A stretch of 64,000 nt of DNA, taken from Dehalococcoidia bacterium (GTDB lineage: Bacteria; Chloroflexota; Dehalococcoidia; DSTF01; WHTK01). The stretch covers positions 2,568-66,567 of the forward strand of contig WHTK01000003.1 in NCBI GenBank assembly GCA_009377745.1, read 5' to 3'. The position numbers and the translations under genes were made by a program. Below are positions 34,637-45,346 of this stretch, piece after piece (the first letter of the stretch is position 1; every line of letters begins with the position of its first letter). The notes below the pieces were generated by a model. That model ran no database searches and was not told where the DNA came from. It was given only the letters and a program-made list of their open reading frames with translations.

Positions 34637-35452
34637 CTAGCTCCGATGCTCGAACAAATACTGCGTCCGGCTGTAAATCCGCTCCTCCAGCTGGTTCACC
34701 ACCTCACCGACCACGGCGCCCGCCATCATCGTGGAGACCAGGTCACGTAGACCCCGCTTCGGGTGCAGCCACACCGGCTTGCGCGGCGCATCCCCCAGCT
34801 CGGCAGCCAGGTCGATGGCGCGCTCCAGGTCCCCAAGCTCATCGACCAGCCCCAGGCCGATAGCCTTACGCGCCGTGTACACCTCGCCGGTGGCCAGCGC
34901 CCGTACCTGCGCCCGGTCCATCTTGCGGCCGGCCGCCACCGAGTCGAGGAACTGGTCGTAGAGGTCCTCTACCAGCTCCAGCTCCTTCTTCTCTTCCTCC
35001 TCGGTCGGCTCGCGGAACATGCTGCCCATGTCCTTGAGCCGGTCAGACTTGGTCACGTGCATATTGACGCCGATCTTGCTCAGCGCTTCGTACACCAGCG
35101 GCCGCGAGGAGATCACGCCGATCGAACCGACCAGCGCACTCGGGATCGCGATGATCCGGTTGGCAGGGCAGCTCAGCAGGTACGCCCCGGAAGCGCCAAG
35201 TCCGCGGATGAACGCGACCACCGGCTTCCGCTTCGCCAGCGAGCTCACGGCGATGTGCAGATAATTCGACCCCGTCGCCGACCCGCCCGGCGAGTCGATA
35301 TCGAGCACCACGGCCCGGATCCGGTCGTTGTCCTCAATGCTCCGGAGCAGCTTCACGAATTCCGGCGGCTTCAATCGGGGGCCGATGGCCCCCTCCATCT
35401 CGATGACGGCGATCTGCTGTAGGGTGCGTGCCTTTAGTCCTGCTACCAACAT
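34637..35452 (-). CDS. sppA: signal peptide peptidase SppA (S49 family)
   Basis: VIEMEGAIG...DSPGGSATGS...GASGAYLLSCPANRIIA.P.ALVGSIGV match the S49/ClpP fold. Internal ATG with a GAGG RBS is preferred over the upstream TTG. Confidence 0.65.
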   Translation of the reverse strand: MLVAGLKARTLQQIAVIEMEGAIGPRLKPPEFVKLLRSIEDNDRIRAVVLDIDSPGGSATGSNYLHIAVSSLAKRKPVVAFIRGLGASGAYLLSCPANRIIAIPSALVGSIGVISSRPLVYEALSKIGVNMHVTKSDRLKDMGSMFREPTEEEEKKELELVEDLYDQFLDSVAAGRKMDRAQVRALATGEVYTARKAIGLGLVDELGDLERAIDLAAELGDAPRKPVWLHPKRGLRDLVSTMMAGAVVGEVVNQLEERIYSRTQYLFEHRS

Positions 35453-35951
35453 CTGAACCTCACTCGGATCGAGTGTACACGCCCCTTTTGCACTGACAAC
35501 ACTGCCGTCTTGCCACCTTGGCCTGTCGTTGCGAGGCAGGAAGGATCTCGCCCAGGCCATCCCGGGTCTCTTGGCCCAAACCTGGTTCAAAACTCTTAGG
35601 GCCCCTGTCGTTGCGAGTCATCGGCGTTAGCCTTTGATCGCCCCCGTACCGCGCACCACGTGTATCGAAGAGATAGTGCCGTACCGCAAAGCTGCGGGAA
35701 CTCTTGTTACTTGTTACCTGAAGCTTGTTACTCGCCACAAAAGGAGAAGCGCCCGGGGCCGAGGACGGGCGCTTCTCAATCTGGTGTGGCAGTCAGCGGG
35801 TGCATGTCTGGAACTCGTCCAGAGCGGCTGCCTTCCTCATGAGAATCGGCGTCTGGCCTGAAAATCCGTAGCCCGCAGTCTGAGGCCCACATTCGATGCC
35901 TGTGGTAAATTACGCTTGTCTCAGGAGTCCGCGGACGAAGGAGAAGCCCCT

Positions 35952-36905
35952 ATGGAAGCCCGCGTCTACAACGATCTGGCGATCTTCAGCGGACGCGCCC
36001 ACCCCGAGCTCGCCCGTAACATCGCCTCCCACCTCGAGATGCCCCTCGGCGCCTGCGATATCTTCGAGTTCAGCAACGAGAACGTCTTCGTCCAGATCAA
36101 AGAGAACGTGCGCAGCCGCGATGTTTTCTTGGTGCAGTCGCTCTGCTCGCCGGTCAATACCAGCGTCATGGAGCTATTGATCATGATCGACGCCTTCCGC
36201 CGCGCTTCTGCGGGCAGGATCACGGCGGTCATCCCCTACTACGCCTACGGCCGCAGCGACAAGAAGGACCAGCCGCGCATCCCGATCACCGCCCGTCTCC
36301 TTGCCAACCTGATCGAGACCGCGGGCGCCGACCGCGTCCTCACCATCGATCTGCACGCCGGCCAGATCCAGGGTTTCTTCAACATCCCCGTGGACGAAAT
36401 GACTGCGATCTACCATGTGGGGCGTTATTTTCAACAGCGCGATCTGACAAACATGACGCTTCTCGCGACAGATGTAGGCGACGCCAAGCGCGCCCGCAAT
36501 GTCTCCCGGCTTTTGAATTCCCCTCTAGCGATCGTCGACAAAGAACGCCTGGGTAACGAAGAGCGTGTGGTCGCGCAAGCCTTAATCGGTGAGGTCGAGG
36601 GCCGTGACGTTCTGATCATGGACGACGAGATTGACACGGGCGGCACGATTATGGCTTCTGCCAACATTGCTTTCGACCGAGGTGCCAAGAGTGTCACTGT
36701 CGCCTGTATCCACCCAATTCTTTCTGGCAAGGCGGTCCAGCGCATCTGCAACAGCGACATCGACGAGCTGGTGGTGACGGATACGATCCCGTTGCCGCCG
36801 GCCAAGCAGCACGAGAAGATCACCGTCCTTTCGGTGGCGCCGCTCCTCGGCGAGGCCATAACCCGCATCAACACCGGCCGCTCCGTCGGTGAGCTCTTCC
36901 AGTAG
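35952..36905 (+). CDS. prs: ribose-phosphate pyrophosphokinase
   Basis: LAIFSG..HPELA..IA..L, VFLVQS, DLHAGQIQGFF, VIMDDEIDTGGT match PRPP synthetase motifs. Confidence 0.9.
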   Translation: MEARVYNDLAIFSGRAHPELARNIASHLEMPLGACDIFEFSNENVFVQIKENVRSRDVFLVQSLCSPVNTSVMELLIMIDAFRRASAGRITAVIPYYAYGRSDKKDQPRIPITARLLANLIETAGADRVLTIDLHAGQIQGFFNIPVDEMTAIYHVGRYFQQRDLTNMTLLATDVGDAKRARNVSRLLNSPLAIVDKERLGNEERVVAQALIGEVEGRDVLIMDDEIDTGGTIMASANIAFDRGAKSVTVACIHPILSGKAVQRICNSDIDELVVTDTIPLPPAKQHEKITVLSVAPLLGEAITRINTGRSVGELFQ

Positions 36906-37133
36906 CAGGGCCGCATCGGGATTTAGTCCCGCCATCGCCACCAACGCCCTTAGCCTGTCAGCCGAGGCGGGATCTTGCCTCCGGGTCGAAGGGCGGATGC
37001 CTCTCGTGAGACGAAGCTCGTCCGTTTCCGCGCGCCTCAGCCCTAAACCCAACCCCATCGCAGCCGATAAAAATTCGTAGACCAGACAACGTCAAGGAGC
37101 TGCTCGCAGCGATCCCGGAAGGGGAGCCAGAGG

Positions 37134-37679
37134 ATGAATGAGTACATGACAGACCAGACCCCGGAAAGCGTGGCTCCCAGCGAGCCCGCGACCTACGCCG
37201 CCATTGCCGACCGCATCGCCGAGAACATGGCCATCGCCGCCCTTCGCGTCGGCGATGCGGCCCAGGACCTCGTTGCCCTCATGAACAGCCTCGTGGCTGC
37301 CGGCAAGGAGCTCGAGTCCGCGCTCTCGATCCAGCGCGAGCTCGGGGCCGCCTCCCTCAAGGCCGTCGAGCAGGCCCGCGAAGCCGCCCAGGCCGCCACG
37401 ACGGCTGCCACCGACGCCCATGAGTCGAAGAGCTCTGCCGGCGTCCTCCTCAACCAGATGGAAGTCGAATACGGCACCGTCTCCGGTCTTGTCGGCAACC
37501 TCCAGGAGCGCATCGCCGCCCTGTCCATCCTCGGCGCGCCCCTGCCCAACCGCAACGGCCACTCCGAGGCCGAGCCGTCCGGCCCCGCGACAAGCGAGGG
37601 CGCGGAGGCAGAGGCCCAACCTGACGCCGAAGCCGCGCCGGACCCGGACAACGTCACGGAGTTCCGCGCCGCTTCCTAG
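37134..37679 (+). CDS. hypothetical alpha-helical Ala-rich protein
   Basis: 181-aa ORF with plausible RBS and coding-like composition; no motif recognised. Confidence 0.35.
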   Translation: MNEYMTDQTPESVAPSEPATYAAIADRIAENMAIAALRVGDAAQDLVALMNSLVAAGKELESALSIQRELGAASLKAVEQAREAAQAATTAATDAHESKSSAGVLLNQMEVEYGTVSGLVGNLQERIAALSILGAPLPNRNGHSEAEPSGPATSEGAEAEAQPDAEAAPDPDNVTEFRAAS

Positions 37680-37817
37680 ACCCGCGTTCATGCCGCGGCG
37701 TTTGCCCGCGGTGCGCCAAGAAGCACGGCCGGTGGGAGAATCCCACCGGCCGCTCGCTATTCCCGACGCTCCGGGCTACTTTGTTACACGTTACCTGTTA
37801 CTTTTTACTCGCGGTGA

Positions 37818-38081
37818 CTACTGGCTGAAGGAGCGAGGACCGCCGCCGCCCCGTGCGCCTGAAGACGACTCACCGTTGGCGCCGTCCTCCTTCGGGCAAT
37901 CCTCCCGGTTGCGTTCCCCTTCCGAGTCGCCCCCCGGCGCCTGCTGGGGCGTAGCCGGCTCCGTCGCCGATGGCGTTGGTTCCACCGGCGGCGTCTGCGC
38001 GCTCACCATCGAGCTCGTGATCAAGAACGCCCCCAGGAGCAGCAGCGCTCCCACCATCGCCGAAACCGCGGCGAGCTTCAT
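37818..38081 (-). CDS. small secreted Pro/Thr/Gly-rich protein
   Basis: Signal-peptide-like MKLAAVSAMVGALLLLGAFLITSSMVSAQ; low complexity afterwards. Confidence 0.3.
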   Translation of the reverse strand: MKLAAVSAMVGALLLLGAFLITSSMVSAQTPPVEPTPSATEPATPQQAPGGDSEGERNREDCPKEDGANGESSSGARGGGGPRSFSQ

Positions 38082-38240
38082 AGTCCTGACTTGGTCATCC
38101 ACCCAACCTCCCATCAAATTTCATCGCGTCCAGGCCTGAACACCCCTGATGTTAGACATGCCCTCGCCCCGGCTGTGTTGTGAAAGCCCTAAATCTCCGT
38201 AAACCCCGCCGCTTTGTAACGCCCTTCCGCCTCTCGCACC

Positions 38241-38492
38241 CTGTCATTCCGAGGCACGAGGAATCTACCCTTCGCGTAAGGCGGGCCGCTCAGGCGGGAG
38301 GTACGCAGCACCCGAGCCTGGAATGCTGTGTCGCTGAGGCGGGAGGTAGGCGGCACCCCAGCCTGGAAGGCTGGGGCATAAGGGAGATGCTTCGCCGCAT
38401 TCACCTCAGAGCATGGTCGCTGCTATCGCCCTCGTCCCCATTCGTTGACCAAACCCCATCCCGGTCATTCCGAGGCACGAGGAATCTACCCC
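38241..38492 (+). repeat. composite intergenic repeat array
   Basis: Two copies of the GTCATTCCGAGGCACGAGGAATCTACCC module flank two tandem units of the palindromic CCCCAGCCTGGAAGGCTGGGGCAT (R1) element. Copies of both recur elsewhere in the window. Confidence 0.5.
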
Positions 38493-38898
38493 CTCGGCAA
38501 CCATCCGCCTTTGCCACCCGTCAATAGGCCCCACTCCCGGCTTCAACGGACACCTCCTATAGCATCCTGAGTCTGTCGAAGGACGGGCACTCTCTCAACC
38601 GCAACTTGGCGTAGGGCACCGGCCGTGGGCCCTGCGATGGCTCAGTTGGTGTAACCAGCGTGAGGGACGATGGATCATCGAGCATGCCGAGCGCAGTGTT
38701 GAGGAGAGTGGGTGCTCGATCGGTGAAAGCTAGCCCCGCCGCCCCAGATTGCCACGCCTCGCTATCGCGATGGCTCGCAATGACAGCGTGTCGCCATCCG
38801 CTTATCCGCTTCGATCCCCTGACGAACCTCCAACCTCTAACTCCCAGCCACCCCGTTTCTTGGCTCCGCCGCATCAGACGCGGCATAATGGAAGTGAC

Positions 38899-41538
38899 AT
38901 GACCTCCTTCCTCGGCAAGATCTTCACCAACGCCAACGACCGCGAGGTCAAAAAGCTCTATCCCATCGTCGATGAGGTCAACGAGTTCGAAGCCGAAACT
39001 CAGGCCCTAGACGACGATGCTCTTCGCGCCAAGACGGCCGAGTTCCGCGACCGCTACGAGGCCGGCGAGACGCTGGACGACCTCCTGCCCGAGGCCTTCG
39101 CCGTCGTCCGCGAAGCGATCCGCCGCCGCATCGACCAGCGCGCCTTCGATGTCCAGCTACTTGGCTCCGCCGTCCTCCATCAGGGCAAGATCGCCGAGCT
39201 CAAGACCGGTGAAGGTAAGACCCTCGTCGCTTCCGTCGCCATGTACCTCAACGCCCTCGATGGCCGCGGCGTCCACCTGATCACCGTCAACGATTACCTG
39301 GCCAAGCGCGACGCCCAGTGGTACGGCCGCGTCCTTGCCTGGCTCGGCCTCAGCGTGGGCGTGCTCCAGCACGACTCCTCGTTCCTGGTCTCTTACGAGC
39401 CCGTCAACGAAGAGGACGCCGGCTCTGAGTACATGACTCCCTGCACCCGTCGCGACGCCTACGCCGCCGGCATCACCTACGGTACCAACCACGAATTCGG
39501 CTTCGACTACCTGCGCGACAACATGGCCACCGACAAGCTCAACCAGGTCCAGCGCGAGCGTCACTTCGCCATCGTCGACGAGGTCGACAACATCCTCATC
39601 GACGAAGCCCGCACGCCCCTGATCATCAGCGGCCATGCCCAGGACGATGTCTCGATCTACCCTCGCTTCGCCGCCCTCGTCCCCCGGCTCCAGCGCGACT
39701 ACGACTTCACGGTCGATGAGAAGCTGCGCTCCGTCTCGCTTACCGAGAGCGGTGTCGACAAGATCGAGAAAGCCCTTAAGATCGACAACATCTACTCGGC
39801 GGAGAACTTTCGCCTCACCCGCTACATGGAGGCAGCCCTCAAGGCCAACATCCTCTACCACCGCGACCGTGAGTATGTGGTCAAGGATGGCGAGGTCGTG
39901 ATCGTCGATGACTTCACCGGCCGCCTCATGTTCGGCCGCCGCTGGTCGGACGGTCTCCACCAGGCCGTAGAGGCCAAGGAAGGCGTCAAGATTCAGCAGG
40001 AGTCGATCACCTACGCCACCATCACCCTGCAGAACTACTTCCGCATGTACGACAAGCTCGCCGGCATGACCGGTACCGCCGTCACCGAAGCCGAAGAGTT
40101 CGACAAGATTTACAAGCTGGACGTGGTCGTCATCCCGCCTAACCGCCCCACGATCCGCGAGGACGACGATGACTACGTCTACCGCAGCCTCAAGGGCAAG
40201 TTCGAATCCGTCGCCCGCGAAGTCGAGGAGATGCATGCGACCGGCCAACCCGTGCTCGTCGGCACCGTCTCCATCGAGAGCTCGGAGTACCTCTCGGACA
40301 TCCTCAAGCGCCGCGGCGTCAAGCATCAGGTCCTCAACGCCAAGTTCCACGAGCAAGAAGCCGGCATCGTCGCCGAGGCAGGCCGCAAGGCCGCCGTTAC
40401 TATCGCGACCAACATGGCCGGCCGTGGCACCGACATCATTCTCGGCGGCAACCCGGAGAACCGTGATCGCGCCGAGTGGGAGGCCGAGCACGCCGAAGTG
40501 GTCGAGCTGGGCGGCCTCCACATCATCGGCACCGAGCGCCACGAGTCCCGCCGCATCGATAACCAGCTGCGTGGCCGCTCCGGCCGTCAGGGCGACCCCG
40601 GCAGCTCCCGCTTCTTCGTCAGCTTTGAGGACGACCTCATGCGCCGGTTCGCGCCGGACTGGCTGCCCGGCATGCTCGCCAAGCTCGGCATGGACGAGGA
40701 CATGCCGATCGAGTCCGGCTGGGTGACCAAAGCCCTCGAAAACGCCCAGACCAAGGTCGAGGGCCACAACTTCGACATCCGCAAACACGTCGTCGATTAC
40801 GACGATGTCATGAACGTCCACCGCGACGTCATCTACACCGAGCGCACCAAGGTCCTCGAAGGCGCCGACATGCGCGACAACGTCTTCGGCATGGTCGAAG
40901 ATGAGCTGCGCAGCCTCATCGCCGCCCACCTTCCCGGCCGCAACGAAGAAGCCTGGGACCTCGAACTCCTGCTGGAGGAAGTGCAGGCCATCTGCCCGCT
41001 GCCCGAGGAGATCACCGCCGAGTCCCTCAGCCTCCGCTCCGCCGACGAGATCGAAGCCCTGATCCTCGATGAGGCCGAAGCCGCTTACGACCTCAAGGAA
41101 GAGCAGGCGAGCGCCGAGAACATGCGCCTGCTCGAGCGGCTGCTCCTGCTCCAGTTCATCGACCGTCTCTGGGTGGAGCACCTAACCGCCATGGACGAGA
41201 TGCGACAGGGCATCGGCCTCCAGGCCTACGGTCAGCAGGACCCCCTCGTCTCTTACAAACGCGAAGCCCACGACATGTGGGGTCAGTTGCTCGGCAACAT
41301 CCAGCAGTCCATAGCCCGCGCGATCTACCACGTCAGCCTGGCCGAGACGCCCCAGCGCCCCTCCCGCGAAGCAATGGCCGCCGCCCGCGCCGCTCAGACC
41401 CAGACCCTCCGCGAGAACCGCAGCGACCAGGCCGCCGTCCCGGCCGCCCGCGTCAACGGCCGCAAAGTCGGCCGCAACGACCCCTGCTGGTGCGGCTCGG
41501 GCAAGAAATTCAAACGCTGCCACGGCCTCGCCGCCTAG
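38899..41538 (+). CDS. secA: preprotein translocase ATPase SecA
   Basis: [19 protein letters not shown] start; DEAD-like motor motifs ([29 protein letters not shown]); C-terminal [14 protein letters not shown] zinc finger. Confidence 0.9.
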   Translation: MTSFLGKIFTNANDREVKKLYPIVDEVNEFEAETQALDDDALRAKTAEFRDRYEAGETLDDLLPEAFAVVREAIRRRIDQRAFDVQLLGSAVLHQGKIAELKTGEGKTLVASVAMYLNALDGRGVHLITVNDYLAKRDAQWYGRVLAWLGLSVGVLQHDSSFLVSYEPVNEEDAGSEYMTPCTRRDAYAAGITYGTNHEFGFDYLRDNMATDKLNQVQRERHFAIVDEVDNILIDEARTPLIISGHAQDDVSIYPRFAALVPRLQRDYDFTVDEKLRSVSLTESGVDKIEKALKIDNIYSAENFRLTRYMEAALKANILYHRDREYVVKDGEVVIVDDFTGRLMFGRRWSDGLHQAVEAKEGVKIQQESITYATITLQNYFRMYDKLAGMTGTAVTEAEEFDKIYKLDVVVIPPNRPTIREDDDDYVYRSLKGKFESVAREVEEMHATGQPVLVGTVSIESSEYLSDILKRRGVKHQVLNAKFHEQEAGIVAEAGRKAAVTIATNMAGRGTDIILGGNPENRDRAEWEAEHAEVVELGGLHIIGTERHESRRIDNQLRGRSGRQGDPGSSRFFVSFEDDLMRRFAPDWLPGMLAKLGMDEDMPIESGWVTKALENAQTKVEGHNFDIRKHVVDYDDVMNVHRDVIYTERTKVLEGADMRDNVFGMVEDELRSLIAAHLPGRNEEAWDLELLLEEVQAICPLPEEITAESLSLRSADEIEALILDEAEAAYDLKEEQASAENMRLLERLLLLQFIDRLWVEHLTAMDEMRQGIGLQAYGQQDPLVSYKREAHDMWGQLLGNIQQSIARAIYHVSLAETPQRPSREAMAAARAAQTQTLRENRSDQAAVPAARVNGRKVGRNDPCWCGSGKKFKRCHGLAA

Positions 41539-41653
41539 TCGCAGCTCACTACCAGCCTTAGCGCGAGCTGCTGTCGCTTCCCGCGTCTAACGTGCTCGCA
41601 ACCATCGAAAATCTGCCCTTGCTCGAAGGGGTGGCCATGAGATGCGCCGGCGA

Positions 41654-41686
41654 GACCCCAGCCTGAAGACTGGGGCATGAGGAATC
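41654..41686 (+). repeat. R1 palindromic repeat copy (REP-like)
   Basis: GACCCCAGCCTGAAGACTGGGGCATGAGGAATC in the secA-tlyA intergenic region. Confidence 0.5.
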
Positions 41687-41718
41687 CCTGGAGCTGCATT
41701 GTTTGGAATTAGGTTACG

Positions 41719-42540
41719 TTGACTTTGATGGGGGGCGTTTCTATTCTGGCTTGCGTGGCTAAGACGGCGGTACGAAGAAGAAATGGCTCTGCGCCGGGTC
41801 CGGGACGGAGCCGGATCGATGCGTTGCTGGTGGAGCGCGGGCTGGTCGAGAGCCGGCAGCAGGCGCAGGCGGTGCTGATGGCCGGGTCGATCCGGGTCGA
41901 TGGCGCGACGGTGACGAAGCCGGGCAGCCTGGTTGCGCCCTCGGCGGCGATTGAGGTGTTGCGGCGGCCGGCCTTCGTCAGCCGCGGCGGCGAGAAGCTG
42001 GAGCACGCGCTGACGGCGTTCGGTCTCGATGTCGAAGGGATGACCTGCGTGGACGCGGGCGCCTCGACCGGCGGGTTTACGGACTGCCTGCTGCAACGCG
42101 GCGCGCGGCGGGTCTACGCCGTCGATGTGGGCTACGGAGTGCTGGATTACAAGCTGAGGCAGGACGAGCGCGTGGTGGTGATGGAGCGCACGAACGCGCG
42201 CGACCTCTCGCCGTTGCCGGAGGCCTGCGACCTGGCGACCTTCGACGTGGCGTTCATCGGGGTTGAGAAGGTGATACCGGCCGTGACGAGGTCGCTGAGG
42301 CCGGGCGCGCACCTCGTCGTGCTGGTCAAGCCGCAGTTTCAGGGCCGGCGCGAAGAGGTGGGCAAGAAGGGCGTGGTCAAGGACCCGCTGACCCACGCGG
42401 CGGTCATCGGACGGCTGGTGGCGTGGACGGCAACGAACGGGCTGCGGCTGCAGGACCTGACGGCGTCGCCGATCCTGGGTCCGGCCGGCAACAAAGAGTT
42501 CTTCCTGCACCTGCGTCTGGAAAGCGCGCCCGGCGCGTGA
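41719..42540 (+). CDS. tlyA: TlyA-family 2'-O-ribose rRNA methyltransferase (hemolysin A-like)
   Basis: S4-like RIDALLVERGLVESRQQAQ, then FtsJ-like VDAGASTGGFTDCLLQRGARRVYAVDVG. Start codon uncertain. Confidence 0.7.
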   Translation: MTLMGGVSILACVAKTAVRRRNGSAPGPGRSRIDALLVERGLVESRQQAQAVLMAGSIRVDGATVTKPGSLVAPSAAIEVLRRPAFVSRGGEKLEHALTAFGLDVEGMTCVDAGASTGGFTDCLLQRGARRVYAVDVGYGVLDYKLRQDERVVVMERTNARDLSPLPEACDLATFDVAFIGVEKVIPAVTRSLRPGAHLVVLVKPQFQGRREEVGKKGVVKDPLTHAAVIGRLVAWTATNGLRLQDLTASPILGPAGNKEFFLHLRLESAPGA

Positions 42541-43163
42541 TCCGGGCGGTGCTGTTCGACGTGGATGGGGTACTGCTGGACTCGAAGCGGGCGAACGTGG
42601 CGTTCTATCGGGCGCTGATGCGCCGTTTCGGCTACGAGGGCTATTCCGACGCCGAGCTGGAGCGCGGCCACTCGCTGACGCTACTGGAAGCGATCGCGTC
42701 CCTGACGGGCGAGCCGGAGGAGCGAGTGCGGCAGATCTGGGAGGTGGCGCGACGGCTGGAAGACTACCCCTTCGACCTGCTGATCCTGCCCGCCGGATGT
42801 GAAGCAGCGCTGACTTCGCTGGCGCAGCAGTACCGGCTGGGCATCGTTACGGGGCGCATCCGTGACGGAGTCGAGCACTTCTTCGACTTCTCGGGGCTGC
42901 GGGACAGGTTCAGCGTGGCGGTGGCGTACGAGGACTATTCGAGGCCGAAGCCGGACGCTGAGCCGCTGCTGAAGGCCTGCGAGCGGCTGGGGGTGGCGGC
43001 GCGCGAGACGGTCTACGTTGGCGACGCGCCGGCCGACTACCTCTGCGCCCGGGCGGCAGGGACGGGGTTCATCGCCTACGGGGACGCGATTGAGGACGCG
43101 CCTCGGGTAGCGCGCAGCTTCGCCGAGATTGAGCCGCTGCTCAAGGCCCTCGACGATGACTGA
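42537..43163 (+). CDS. HAD-superfamily hydrolase
   Basis: IRAVLFDVDGVLLDS (motif I) and YVGDAPADYLCARAAG (motif IV). GTG start overlaps the tlyA stop (GTGA). Confidence 0.6.
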   Translation: MIRAVLFDVDGVLLDSKRANVAFYRALMRRFGYEGYSDAELERGHSLTLLEAIASLTGEPEERVRQIWEVARRLEDYPFDLLILPAGCEAALTSLAQQYRLGIVTGRIRDGVEHFFDFSGLRDRFSVAVAYEDYSRPKPDAEPLLKACERLGVAARETVYVGDAPADYLCARAAGTGFIAYGDAIEDAPRVARSFAEIEPLLKALDDD

Positions 43164-44076
43164 AACCAGGGCGCCGGTCGTGAAGCGCGTCGCGCTTAGC
43201 TACAACCCGCAGTCCGAGGGCGCGAGCGAGCTTGCGGGGGCGCTACGAGACGATATCCAGTCGCGCGGGCTGGAAGCGTGGATCACGGACGACGACGCTG
43301 AGGCTTCGGCGTTCATGCCCAGCGACCTCGTCATCTGCCTGGGCGGCGACGGCAGCGTGCTGCGCTGCGCCCGCCTCCTGATCGGCTGCGAGACGGTGAT
43401 CCTGGGCGTGAACATGGGGCGGCTTGGCTTCCTGACGGAGATGGACGGCTCGGAGGTGCGGCAGCGGCTGGATGAGGTGCTTAGCGGCAGCGGGCGCATC
43501 GAAGAGCGGACGATGCTACGGGCCTATCTGGCGCGGACGGGCGAGACGCTGCACGGCCTGAACGAAGCGGCGGTCGGCCGGGCGACGCTGAGCCGGGCGA
43601 TCCAGCTTGCAATCGACGTGGACGGGGCGCGGATCGCGGACTACCGCTGCGACGGCGTGATCGTGGCCTCGGCGACGGGCAGCACGGCCTACGCGCTGTC
43701 GGTGGGCGGGCCGATTTTGTATCCGGAGTCACGGGACCTGGTAATCGTGCCGGTGGCGCCTCATCTGGCGGCCCAGCACGCGGTGGTCCTGCCGGGAGAC
43801 GAGACGGTGCACATCACGCTGGAGCCGGGGCAGCAGGCCGTGCTGAGCGTCGATGGCGAGGCGGACTTGCAGTTGGAAGAAGGCGACTCGGTGGTGGTGG
43901 GACGCAGCGAGCACAAGGCGCGCTTCCTGCGACTGCAGCCGGGGACGGACTTTTACAAGCGGATGGCGGCACAGTTGGGCTGGCACCGGCCGGGCGGGAA
44001 TGCGCAGCCCCTCCCTACGACCCCACCCCGGGCATACGGGCATACTGGCATACAGGCAGGGGAGCCCGCCAAGTGA
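43156..44076 (+). CDS. nadK: NAD+ kinase
   Basis: DLVICLGGDGSVL (GGDG), NMGRLGFL, DGVIVASATGSTAYALSVGGPI. Confidence 0.85.
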   Translation: MTETRAPVVKRVALSYNPQSEGASELAGALRDDIQSRGLEAWITDDDAEASAFMPSDLVICLGGDGSVLRCARLLIGCETVILGVNMGRLGFLTEMDGSEVRQRLDEVLSGSGRIEERTMLRAYLARTGETLHGLNEAAVGRATLSRAIQLAIDVDGARIADYRCDGVIVASATGSTAYALSVGGPILYPESRDLVIVPVAPHLAAQHAVVLPGDETVHITLEPGQQAVLSVDGEADLQLEEGDSVVVGRSEHKARFLRLQPGTDFYKRMAAQLGWHRPGGNAQPLPTTPPRAYGHTGIQAGEPAK

Positions 44077-44555
44077 CGCGGACGCTTACGGTGGTGAAGG
44101 CGGAGATCGGCGATGCGCAGGCAATCCACGATCTGGTGAACCTCTATGCGCAGCGCGGCGACATGCTGCCGCGGACGATGGGCGAGGTGTACGAGAACCT
44201 GCGCGACTTCTACGTAGCCCGGGACCCTTCGACGAGCTCAGGACAAGGTGATTTTCTCGGTTGTGTGGCGCTGCACATCGTCTGGTCGGATTTGGCGGAG
44301 GTGAAGTCGCTGGCGGTGCCGGAAGTGGCGCAGTCGCGGGGGTTGGGGTCGCTGCTGGTGAATGCGTGTGTGGATGAGGCAAGGCGCATCGGCCTGGAGC
44401 GGGTGTTCGCGCTGACCTACCGGCCTGCGTTCTTCGAGCGGCTGGGCTTCGTGCAGGCGGACGTGATGACGCTGCCGCGCAAGGTCTGGAACGAGTGCTA
44501 TCGCTGCCCGAAGTTCCCGAGCTGCAACGAGATCGCGCTGGTGCGGGAGCTGTGA
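44073..44555 (+). CDS. GNAT-family N-acetyltransferase
   Basis: LAVPEVAQSRGLGSLLVNACVDEARRIGLERVFALT is an acetyl-CoA binding motif. Confidence 0.7.
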   Translation: MTRTLTVVKAEIGDAQAIHDLVNLYAQRGDMLPRTMGEVYENLRDFYVARDPSTSSGQGDFLGCVALHIVWSDLAEVKSLAVPEVAQSRGLGSLLVNACVDEARRIGLERVFALTYRPAFFERLGFVQADVMTLPRKVWNECYRCPKFPSCNEIALVREL

Positions 44556-44727
44556 CCTCGCGACCTCTCCCCCCAGCCCCCTCTCCGCTGGCGGCGAGGG
44601 GGAGTTTGCGGTTGGGAGGGCGTTCAGAGGATGAATGGTGGATCAGGAGTCGAATCTTAGCCGAGGTTGCTTCGCTTCGATCGCAAGGGCAGAGACGGGC
44701 GCCGGTTCTGAAAAAGATAGGTTTGGC

Positions 44728-44760
44728 GACACCCCAGCCTGGAAGGCTGGGGCATGAGGA
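44728..44760 (+). repeat. R1 palindromic repeat copy (REP-like)
   Basis: GACACCCCAGCCTGGAAGGCTGGGGCATGAGGA between the GNAT and NUDIX genes. Confidence 0.5.
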
Positions 44761-44806
44761 TCGAGACGGGGCTCCTGGACTTAGGCGGTCGATTAAGGGA
44801 GGATAA

Positions 44807-45346
44807 ATGACTTCGGAGAAGGTGTTTCCGGTTTTGATCAGCAGTCGTGATGTCTATGCGGGGCGGGTGATTAAGCTGCGCGTGGACGAGATTGAGGTCA
44901 AGCCGGGCCTGAACGTGCGGCGCGAGGTGATCGAGCATCCTGGGGCGGTGGTGATCGTGCCGGTGGACGACGAGGGCCGGGTGCTATGGATCAGGCAGCA
45001 TCGCTACGCGGCGGGGCGGGAGCTGCTGGAGCTGCCCGCCGGGACGCTGGAGCCGGATGAGGCGCCGGAAGCGACGGCGCGCAGGGAGCTGGTGGAGGAG
45101 ACGGGCTTCGCGGCGGCGGAATGGCAGAGGCTGGGCGGCTTCTACAGCGCGCCCGGATTCTGCGGCGAGTACCTGCACGCCTATCTGGCGATGGCCCTGA
45201 CGCCGGAGAGCGCCGACGGCGACGAGGACGAGGACATCACACTAGAGCCGCTGAGCGTCGAGGAGTCGCTGGCGCGGATCGACGCCGGGGAAGTCGAGGA
45301 CGCGAAGTCGCTGGCTTCGATCTTGCTGTTCCTGCGGCATCGATGA
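44807..45346 (+). CDS. NUDIX hydrolase (ADP-ribose pyrophosphatase-like)
   Basis: Nudix box LPAGTLEPDEAPEATARRELVEETG. Confidence 0.75.
   Translation: MTSEKVFPVLISSRDVYAGRVIKLRVDEIEVKPGLNVRREVIEHPGAVVIVPVDDEGRVLWIRQHRYAAGRELLELPAGTLEPDEAPEATARRELVEETGFAAAEWQRLGGFYSAPGFCGEYLHAYLAMALTPESADGDEDEDITLEPLSVEESLARIDAGEVEDAKSLASILLFLRHR

Noticed and set aside
38291-38383. Two tandem repeat units considered as a mini CRISPR-like array
   Set aside because: Only two degenerate units with no unique spacers and no cas genes. They belong to the R1 REP-like family.
38180-38527. 115-aa (+) and 71-aa (-) ORFs spanning the composite repeat array
   Set aside because: The sequence is a mosaic of intergenic repeats (R1 and the GTCATTCC module). 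The ORFs are by-products of the repeats.
39157-41181. 674-aa minus-strand ORF antisense to secA
   Set aside because: Antisense artifact with an Ala/Gly/Asp/Val-rich translation. secA on the + strand is unambiguous.
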